DNA from: Candidatus Latescibacterota bacterium
GTDB taxonomy: Bacteria; Latescibacterota; Latescibacteria; Latescibacterales; Latescibacteraceae
NCBI GenBank assembly: GCA_016927495.1
Contig: JAFGMP010000236.1
Location: 1 to 15,584 of the forward strand
DNA: 15,584 nt
Direction: 5' to 3'
The notes beneath the pieces were generated by a model. It saw only the letters and a program-made list of their open reading frames with translations. It had not been told where the DNA came from and made no database searches. Made by a program: the position numbers and the translations under genes. Every line of letters starts with the position of its first letter. Position 1 is the stretch's first letter. Shown one piece after another: positions 7,439-14,216 of the stretch.

Positions 7439-8218
7439 CTATTGATTGTTGAGTTCCTTCATGATTTTTTCCGTTATTTCCGTGACAATATCTTCGTACT
7501 CCGATTTTGTGCTTAGTTCACAGCTTTCAGTCCCCGTGCATGTACCGCAATTCATGCATGCGCTGCCGCCGATTTTTATACCGAACTGATCACGAATCTC
7601 TTCGAGTTTCTTTACATTTTGCGTGCTGATCTGTTTCATTCCGCCAAGCTGATGAGCTGCCAGAGATATTATGGCAAAATGTTCCACACTCTCCATCTTA
7701 TAATAAGCCTCCATTACGTCTTTACCCAAAGTCATTGCTCCATGATTAGCAAGAAGAATGGCGTCATGACATAGTACCAGATCTTTTATAGAATCGGATA
7801 ATTCCGTTGTGGATGGAGTCCCATATTGGGCCAGCGGAATAGAACCCAGAGAAATTATTATCTCAGGTAATGTTTTAAAATCCAACGGGATATTGGCTAC
7901 CGCATAACCCGTGCAAACCGGCGGATGGGCATGAACAACAGAGCCGATATCATCACGCTGACGATACGCCTCGATATGAATTTTACTTTCGGATGAAGGT
8001 TTCATATACCCGCTCCGAACATTACCGTCCATATCGATCTTCACAAGCATATCAGGTGACATAAAACCTTTCGATACACCGGTTGGCGTGGTTATTATAT
8101 TCGTATCATCGAGTTTCATGCTGATATTACCGTCATTCGAGGCAACCCAACCTTTTAACCAGACACGTCTGCCAACCTCACATATCTGTTCCCGTATTTC
8201 TTTTTCTCGATTATTCAT
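7439..8218 (-). CDS. Class II (AraD/FucA-type, metal-dependent) aldolase with C-terminal Cys cluster and C-terminal encapsulation peptide
   Basis: FucA-like motifs are present: NDGNIS, KPSSES (the catalytic Glu position), HAHPP and ANHG (metal His ligands). The C-terminal ~45 aa read GGSACMNCGTCTGTESCELSTKSEYEDIVTEITEKIMKELNNQ, a CxxCxxCx5C cluster followed by an amphipathic helix. Confidence 0.85.
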   Translation of the reverse strand: MNNREKEIREQICEVGRRVWLKGWVASNDGNISMKLDDTNIITTPTGVSKGFMSPDMLVKIDMDGNVRSGYMKPSSESKIHIEAYRQRDDIGSVVHAHPPVCTGYAVANIPLDFKTLPEIIISLGSIPLAQYGTPSTTELSDSIKDLVLCHDAILLANHGAMTLGKDVMEAYYKMESVEHFAIISLAAHQLGGMKQISTQNVKKLEEIRDQFGIKIGGSACMNCGTCTGTESCELSTKSEYEDIVTEITEKIMKELNNQ

Positions 8219-8291
8219 TGTATTTGTTTCTGGTTTATAGTGTATGATTAATTCTACAGTTTATTTCAACTATTCCTTATTATGAAACTAT

Positions 8292-9479
8292 TTACCGAGT
8301 ATCGCTAACTACTTTTACAGTCTCACGGGCAACAATAATTTCTTCATTCGTATCAAGGACAAGCGCTGCAATCTTCGATCCTTCAGCATCGATACGTTCG
8401 CTGTTAGCCTCATTCGCGCTTTTGTCAAGTTTGAATCCCAGAAATTCCAGTGAAGTGAGGATCTCCGACCGCAGAGCACTGTCTTTCTGACCGGTTCCTC
8501 CGGTAAAACAAACAGCATCTACACCGCCCATGAATAAAATATATGCACCCATATAGAACTTGATATCATAAATAAACTTGTCACGGGCAAGCTGCGCTTG
8601 TTTGCTCCCCTTTCTGATGGCTTCAATTACATCCCTCATATCTCCTGACGTTCCGGAAAGACCCTTGAGTCCACCGTTCGATCCCAGTTCTCTATACGCA
8701 TCTTCAAGACTTATACCTTTTTTCTTCATAATGTACGGAACAATAAACGAATCCATATCACCGACACGTTTGGATTGAATAACACCCGTCTGTGTGCTGA
8801 AACCCATAGATGTATCTATAGCAACTCCGTCTTTAAACGCACATACCGAGGATGATCCCCCGAGGTGACACGCAATAACTTTATGATTTTTCAGATCGAG
8901 TTTCAGAATACGAACAGTTTCTCCGGTAACAAATCTCAATGATGCGCCATGATAGCCGTATTTACGGACACCATATTTTTCAAACCACTCAACTGGAGTG
9001 CCATAAACCTGGGCATATTCCGGCCTGTTAATATGAAATCCCGGTTCGAATACACCCACCAGCGGTTTTTCAGGTAACAGATCTTTAAACATCCTTATCG
9101 CTTCAAGGTATGGAGGATTATGAGCCGGCGCGATGTCGCTGTATTCATCCATTGCCGCAATAACTTTTTTTGTCAACAGTACCGAACCGTTTTGCTCTCC
9201 TGCCTGCACGGTTTTAAATCCTACCGCATCGATTTCTGACAAATCGTTTATAATTTCCGATGTCAGAAATTCGAGCCCCCGCCTGACCGCTTCCTTCTGA
9301 TTAAGTACCGGCTTTTCTTCATCGATGATAATGTCTCCCGAACCACGGTAATAGGTGCCATGCGCATTATCCGATCCTACACGTTCGATATGGACATGTG
9401 CGATAATGCTTTCAGTCTCCATATCGATGAACTGGAATTTGAATGAAGTCGATCCTATATTACAAACTATAACTTTCAT
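8292..9479 (-). CDS. ackA: Acetate/propionate kinase (AckA family)
   Basis: N-terminus MKVIVCNIGSTSFKFQF (the ASKHA fold beta1 / phosphate-1 motif). Length is 395 aa. Internal motifs HLGGSSSVCAF and FTGGTG are typical of acetate kinases. Confidence 0.9.
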   Translation of the reverse strand: MKVIVCNIGSTSFKFQFIDMETESIIAHVHIERVGSDNAHGTYYRGSGDIIIDEEKPVLNQKEAVRRGLEFLTSEIINDLSEIDAVGFKTVQAGEQNGSVLLTKKVIAAMDEYSDIAPAHNPPYLEAIRMFKDLLPEKPLVGVFEPGFHINRPEYAQVYGTPVEWFEKYGVRKYGYHGASLRFVTGETVRILKLDLKNHKVIACHLGGSSSVCAFKDGVAIDTSMGFSTQTGVIQSKRVGDMDSFIVPYIMKKKGISLEDAYRELGSNGGLKGLSGTSGDMRDVIEAIRKGSKQAQLARDKFIYDIKFYMGAYILFMGGVDAVCFTGGTGQKDSALRSEILTSLEFLGFKLDKSANEANSERIDAEGSKIAALVLDTNEEIIVARETVKVVSDTR

Positions 9480-9553
9480 CGCAGTTCAAAGTTTTAAGTT
9501 CAAGAATCAAAGTTCAGGGTTCGATGTACAAAACTAAAGTCAAACCATTTATA

Positions 9554-9820
9554 TCACATTGCCACATCATCAATAATAGCCAGAATATTAGCGTCGGAAC
9601 CGGTCATATCAGGGTGAAATGCCATTGCCGATTCCGGACCACCTTCATACAGGACAATCTGGCCTTCTCCGCATCCTATATAATCAAAAGTGATTATCAG
9701 GTTACCTGGTTTTTTTATATCACGGATATCTATTTCTTCCATTACCCTGAGCTTTTTGCCCGCAAGCGCAGGAAGCGTTTTGTTCAATACCAAATTACCG
9801 CGTACTTTGCCGGTTTCCAT
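9554..9820 (-). CDS. BMC-P pentameric vertex protein (EutN/PduN/CcmL family), paralog 3
   Basis: METGKVRGNLVLNKTLPALAGKKLRVM...IGCGEGQIVLYEGG matches the BMC-P fold pattern. Length is 88 aa. Confidence 0.8.
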   Translation of the reverse strand: METGKVRGNLVLNKTLPALAGKKLRVMEEIDIRDIKKPGNLIITFDYIGCGEGQIVLYEGGPESAMAFHPDMTGSDANILAIIDDVAM

Positions 9821-9886
9821 CTATTATTAACCATTCACGTTTCATTCTTATTGAAATCATCGGTACTCAAAAAATAAAGTACTTAA

Positions 9887-10621
9887 CTATATGCCGGTGA
9901 AACCTGAAATTATTGCTTCGGGATTCGATATCGATCCAAGCACAATCACATTAGCGCCTATATCGATCCTTGCGGCACGGGCATCATACGTGTCTCTGCA
10001 GTGGACGGCACGAACAGCGCTGTTTCTGTTTGCATGAATCGGAGCCTCCATTCCCGTGTTTTCAAGACAGACTCCGAAATGAGCGCCGCCTGAAACTACC
10101 ATATCCGCAAGCTTTTTTACATTTGCTTCATACGACCCGCCGGTAATTTCTTTTATCGTCAAATGTTTTGCTGCAAGAATATTCTTCAAAATTGAACCAT
10201 CACCCTTAAAATCCGGAGCAATAACGAGCGCAACAGAAATGGTACCCTGTATTGAAGAAACATTCCCAGATTTATTACCTGCTGCACCATCAATACGGTT
10301 GATAGTTATTTTCTTTTCTTTGGCAAAATCCAGCGCCAATGGCGTTATAACAGCCTTTTTTGTTATGGTGACGGTTTGCCCTTTTACTGCTTCGAGATCT
10401 TTCTGAGTAATAACCTGTTTCCCCGACATATCAGCGTTACCCGCTGCAGGTGCTTCAACAGGCAGTGTCGGACGAATCGATACCTGAGCCGGAACAGGTG
10501 ATTGTTGTGCCGGAGCTTGACTGCCGCTTGTTTCGGCAGACGAACTTACCGGAATACCCCGCTGGTTAAGAACTCTTTTTACTTCTGTAATAATCGCTTC
10601 GACAAGTTCATCGTGATTCAT
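9887..10621 (-). CDS. Encapsulation-peptide-tagged RpiB/LacAB-family sugar-phosphate isomerase-like protein (EP + linker + small unassigned module + RpiB-like domain)
   Basis: The N-terminus MNHDELVEAIITEVKRVL is an amphipathic helix, followed by a ~45-aa S/A/P/Q-rich linker. The middle module reads VITQKDLEAVKGQTVTITKKAVITPLALDFAKEKKITI. The C-terminal ~115 aa align to the RpiB core: GVCLENTGMEAPIHANRNSAVRAVHCRDTYDARAARIDIGANVIVLG versus RpiB [47 protein letters not shown]. Glu sits at the catalytic Cys/Glu position. The N-terminal GSDHAG motif has diverged to APDFKG. Confidence 0.6.
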   Translation of the reverse strand: MNHDELVEAIITEVKRVLNQRGIPVSSSAETSGSQAPAQQSPVPAQVSIRPTLPVEAPAAGNADMSGKQVITQKDLEAVKGQTVTITKKAVITPLALDFAKEKKITINRIDGAAGNKSGNVSSIQGTISVALVIAPDFKGDGSILKNILAAKHLTIKEITGGSYEANVKKLADMVVSGGAHFGVCLENTGMEAPIHANRNSAVRAVHCRDTYDARAARIDIGANVIVLGSISNPEAIISGFTGI

Positions 10622-10645
10622 GGTAAACCTACTTGATTATGTAAA

Positions 10646-10903
10646 TTAACGCTCAACTATATCATCTATAATTCCGCATAACCATGCTCTTTGAGGAACA
10701 ATGGGATCATTATGCATTTCCTGCGATCCTATACCATCCCAATTGAGAATAACTCTGTCACCTTTACCTGATGCGGTAAAATCAACCACAACCTGCGGCC
10801 TGCCCTGGGGCTGTCCCTTTGCATCAAGTACCTGAACAATCATTAGCTTTTTCCCATTAAGGCAGGGATGTTTGATTGTAGAAGTAACACTTCCAAGTAC
10901 CAT
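10646..10903 (-). CDS. BMC-P pentameric vertex protein (EutN/PduN/CcmL family), paralog 2
   Basis: MVLGSVTSTIKHPCLNGKKLMIVQVLD...ASGKGDRVILNWDG matches the BMC-P pattern. The ORF track begins at an in-frame TTG at 10921 (MRLREG-). The ATG at 10903 gives the canonical M-x-x-G-x-V-x-S-T N-terminus. The true start is ambiguous. Confidence 0.75.
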   Translation of the reverse strand: MVLGSVTSTIKHPCLNGKKLMIVQVLDAKGQPQGRPQVVVDFTASGKGDRVILNWDGIGSQEMHNDPIVPQRAWLCGIIDDIVER

Positions 10904-11034
10904 TCCCTCTCTCAACCGCAAACCTCATACTAAAAAATTAAACCATAAAATTCGTTACCTGTTTCATTTCGAAAACAACTTGTAATGTATCTCTTCTGTA
11001 ATAACTTGTATTCATCCTGTCTGCAATCAAATAT

Positions 11035-11583
11035 TTATACGAGATGCGGTATCAGTTCCGGATTCACCGACGGAATAACCACCGAAGCAATGAGCACTCC
11101 TCTGTCTTTAACTCCTTCAAGCGCAGCATCCATTGCCGACTGGACATTCTGGACAGAACCGGTAACGATCACATATGATTTTCCGGCAAGTCCCTTACCG
11201 AGCCTGAGTTCGATTATTTCCACATCGGAGGTTTTCACCATCGTATCGGCGCCCTCGATTGTTGCCGTCATCGTCATCGTTTCAAAAACACCGATTGAAG
11301 CGCCGATATTAACAATATCAGGACTGTAAAACGCCGAAAGAACTTTGTCATCGATACGAGGCAAAATGAGCGAGTCCAGAAAATTGAAATCGGCAATTCC
11401 CTTTGCAAGATCAATCGCTTCCCGGACAGCTCCGACATCTCCTGTAAATAATATCTGATAACGCCCGGGACAGTTTGGAGCGGAAAGCAAAATATCAATC
11501 GCCGTATTTTTGGAAATAAGATCGGCGGCCTGTATACCTTTTCCGACACTTATATATTCGAGAAAACCAATACATTTACTCAT
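11035..11583 (-). CDS. BMC-T tandem-domain shell protein, PduT-like with conserved pore cysteine (putative [4Fe-4S] site)
   Basis: Two BMC domains (IGFLEYISVGKGIQAADLISKNTAIDIL and IGVFETMTMTATIEGADTMVKTSDVEIIEL) sit in 182 aa. LLSAPNCPGRYQILFTGDVGAVREAI aligns with Salmonella PduT [27 protein letters not shown], including Cys38. The start overlaps the PduS stop as ATGA. Confidence 0.85.
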   Translation of the reverse strand: MSKCIGFLEYISVGKGIQAADLISKNTAIDILLSAPNCPGRYQILFTGDVGAVREAIDLAKGIADFNFLDSLILPRIDDKVLSAFYSPDIVNIGASIGVFETMTMTATIEGADTMVKTSDVEIIELRLGKGLAGKSYVIVTGSVQNVQSAMDAALEGVKDRGVLIASVVIPSVNPELIPHLV

Positions 11584-12956
11584 GAACCGGCACCCCTGAT
11601 TACAATATATTCATTCGTAACTTCTTCTACATGGCCATGTATTGATGCATGTACTCGCGCCCCCATTCCATTTTCAGGAATTTCACCGATCAGATCACCG
11701 GTTTTTACACTCTCCCCCTGTTTTACCACCGGTTTTGCCGGAGCACCTATATGCTGAAGAAGCGGGATACGCACCTTTCCGGGTATGAACGAACCAAGTG
11801 GTTCGAATTCTGTGTGTCCGAGATACCGTTCGAGGCCAAGTTTACGGGCATATGTTAAAGCCGGAAGTTTTCGATAATTAAACATTGCACCATCATACTG
11901 AGGCATCTTTGAAAAATCATACTTCAATCCCGACCGTTTTATAGCATCGCGAACCATAGCATATACTTTGTTGGGAGCCAGGCCGAAAATGCATGCGTAT
12001 TGTTCACAAACACCACACTGGCAGCACAAAATTGATTCGAATACCATCTGTTTTGTGAATTCATCGAGGTCATGCGCTTCAATTTTCCTTATAATCTCAT
12101 CGACAAACCATGAGTATGACATCATTTTTGCCGGTGAAATGGCATGGCCTATAGCGTTTCTCGGGCAAAGTATAGTACATTCCTGACAGGTGCAGCACAT
12201 TTTTGCCCGCTGTTTCGTAATACGGACAGGTTCTTTTTTTAATCGAACCATCGTGTGGTCTTTCGGCAATACTATTACACCCCCAAATCGCTTATCGATA
12301 ACATCGTCCGTATCACCGATCGGCCCCATTATAGGTCCGCCCAAAATGATCTCGTAATCAGTTACAGTTACTCCGCCCGCAAATGCTATAAGGTCTTTTA
12401 CAGGCGTTCCTATCGGAACCTCAACGGTAACCGGACGGGCTACTTCCCCACCGATGGTAACATTTCGTGAAGTAACGACCTTACCGTCAAGCGCATCGGA
12501 AATCTGCTTGAATGTAGCCACATTGCTAACCGTCACACCAATCATAAAAGGCAAACCGCCCTGTGGCACCGTCTTTCCGGTCACATCACGGATCAGGACA
12601 AGCTCATCGCCTGCGGGATAAGAATTTTCGAGAATACCGATTTCGAATTCCGGTTTACCTGATATTACCTGAGAAACAGCATCGATGGCAGCGGTATTTT
12701 TATTTTTGATACCGATGATTCCCTTTCGGGCGCCAACCTGTTCCATCGCCGCTTCCATACCGCGTATGAAACTGCCGGGATTTTTTTCCATGAGATGTTT
12801 ATCGGCTTCGAGAATAGGTTCACATTCGGCGCCGTTAGCAATAACGGTGTCGACAGCATTTCCCAATTTAACATGAGTGGGAAATCCCGCACCGCCAGCC
12901 CCTACTATTCCGGCATCACGAACAATTGAAACAATATCGACGGCAGTCCGGCTCAC
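11580..12956 (-). CDS. PduS-like (RnfC/NuoF-like) NAD(H)- and FMN-binding iron-sulfur oxidoreductase
   Basis: N-terminus MSRTAVDIVSIVRDAGIVGAGGAGFPTHVKL closely matches PduS (GVVGAGGAGFPAHVKL). Two ferredoxin-like Cys clusters are present: CCTCQECTILCP and CCQCGVCEQYAC. The gene starts at GTG and overlaps the upstream BMC-P stop as GTGA. Confidence 0.85.
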   Translation of the reverse strand: MSRTAVDIVSIVRDAGIVGAGGAGFPTHVKLGNAVDTVIANGAECEPILEADKHLMEKNPGSFIRGMEAAMEQVGARKGIIGIKNKNTAAIDAVSQVISGKPEFEIGILENSYPAGDELVLIRDVTGKTVPQGGLPFMIGVTVSNVATFKQISDALDGKVVTSRNVTIGGEVARPVTVEVPIGTPVKDLIAFAGGVTVTDYEIILGGPIMGPIGDTDDVIDKRFGGVIVLPKDHTMVRLKKEPVRITKQRAKMCCTCQECTILCPRNAIGHAISPAKMMSYSWFVDEIIRKIEAHDLDEFTKQMVFESILCCQCGVCEQYACIFGLAPNKVYAMVRDAIKRSGLKYDFSKMPQYDGAMFNYRKLPALTYARKLGLERYLGHTEFEPLGSFIPGKVRIPLLQHIGAPAKPVVKQGESVKTGDLIGEIPENGMGARVHASIHGHVEEVTNEYIVIRGAGS

Positions 12957-13273
12957 TCTTTCTCACCTTTCCGATACACAAAATTGGTGTCAACCGACAC
13001 TGAATCGACAATCCCGATTATCAGACCATCCGTAGGTATACTCGCCGTTGTATCTGTCATACGGGCGGAAGATCCCTGTACGACAAGCACCAATTCACCC
13101 CGTCCGGCGCCAATCGGATCGTTTACTATCAGTGTGGTTCCGGTCGGCAGAATTTTACTGCCTTTAGGATCATTTGTAATATTCTGAACCTCGATAAGTA
13201 GAAACTTCTGCCCGATCAGTCGGTCAATCTTCACTGACGACACTATTTCACCGATAACTTTACCGACTACCAC
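12953..13273 (-). CDS. BMC-P pentameric vertex protein (EutN/PduN/CcmL family), paralog 1
   Basis: VVGKVIGEIVSS...GSSARM...DGLIIGIVDSVSVDTNFVYRK aligns with CcmL/EutN, including the C-terminal DTVSRDNYLLYSK-like segment. GTG start, with GAGGT 8 nt upstream. Confidence 0.85.
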   Translation of the reverse strand: MVVGKVIGEIVSSVKIDRLIGQKFLLIEVQNITNDPKGSKILPTGTTLIVNDPIGAGRGELVLVVQGSSARMTDTTASIPTDGLIIGIVDSVSVDTNFVYRKGEKE

Positions 13274-13430
13274 AAGTCAACCTCATTTTTCATTTTGTAT
13301 ACTTGTTGTAAGTAAATTTTTTTACATCAGACAAATACATTGTCCAAAACTAATAACCATGGTAAATCAAATATCTTCGATTCTTATTCTTTAAACACAG
13401 ATTCATCCTTGAATCATGTGCTTAAATCGG

Positions 13431-13793
13431 TTACACTCCGGGGCTTTTCTTCTGATCACCCGCAGGTGAAGCTTTTGTCGTTTTCGGTTTGGGAGCATTT
13501 GCCTTTTCTGCCGGTTTTTCTGCCTCCACGATGCCGATAAAAGCTTCCATTTCCTTATGAGGGCTCGCTATAACCTGAGCAGCAACGACCTTGCCAATAG
13601 CCGCGGCAGAACCTGCGCCTGCATCGACAGCAGCTTTTACTGCCGCCACATCTCCGGTCAGAATGATCATAACAAGTCCACTGCCTGCACGCATCTGAGT
13701 CAGAAGGGAAACATTGGCCGCTTTCAGAGCCGAATCGGCAGCCTCCACCGCGGCAACAAATCCCTGTGTCTCAATGAAACCCAAAGCTTGCAT
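13431..13793 (-). CDS. BMC-H shell protein with ~35-aa Lys/Pro/Ala-rich C-terminal extension
   Basis: The BMC domain is MQALGFIETQGFVAAVEAADSALKAANVSL...GDVAAVKAAVDAG. The tail reads EAEKPAEKANAPKPKTTKASPAGDQKKSPGV. AGGAG lies 6 nt upstream. Confidence 0.85.
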   Translation of the reverse strand: MQALGFIETQGFVAAVEAADSALKAANVSLLTQMRAGSGLVMIILTGDVAAVKAAVDAGAGSAAAIGKVVAAQVIASPHKEMEAFIGIVEAEKPAEKANAPKPKTTKASPAGDQKKSPGV

Positions 13794-13908
13794 GTGTATC
13801 TCCTATGTAATAAGTATCATAATTCCTGAATCATAAAAAGTTTTACCCGAATTTTATTCTTATATTTCACAATCCAGTCTTAATAGCGTTCAGCCAATTC
13901 AGATGCTT

Positions 13909-14175
13909 TTATTTGAAAAGTCCATCCAGTTCTTCATGAGGACGCGGAATAATGTGCGATGAAATGAACTCTCCTACATTTTTCGCCACTTCAGTGCCGG
14001 ATTCCACGGCTGCTTTGACCGAACCTACGTCGCCGGTGATAACTGTGGTTACAAAACCACCACCGATGCCAACCTGTTTGAGCAGTTCAACGCTGGCGCT
14101 CTTCAACATCGCATCGGTTGCAATTGCGAGTCCTGTGAATCCTCTTGTTTCAAGAAGTCCTATTGCTTTTCTCAT
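13909..14175 (-). CDS. BMC-H hexameric shell protein
   Basis: MRKAIGLLETRGFTGLAIATDAMLKSASVELL...GDVGSVKAAVESG is a canonical BMC domain. GGAGG lies 10 nt upstream. Confidence 0.9.
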   Translation of the reverse strand: MRKAIGLLETRGFTGLAIATDAMLKSASVELLKQVGIGGGFVTTVITGDVGSVKAAVESGTEVAKNVGEFISSHIIPRPHEELDGLFK

Positions 14176-14216
14176 TGTAGTGAAACCTCCATGTGTTGTG
14201 TGGTTACAGTATTAAA

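Noticed and set aside
9821-9886. Imperfect palindrome GGTACTC-aaaaaataa-AGTACTT in the spacer upstream of the third BMC-P
   Set aside because: The stem is only 5-6 bp, with a mismatch and an A/T-rich loop. This is within what is expected by chance in AT-rich spacers.
11274-11549. 91-aa minus-strand ORF nested within the PduT-like gene in another frame; also 11649-11858(+), 11968-12186(+), 12255-12470(+), 12665-12892(+/-) within PduS
   Set aside because: The overlapped frames encode PduT (aligns with Cys38 conserved) and PduS (GAGGAGFP and Fe-S motifs). The nested ORFs lack any motif.
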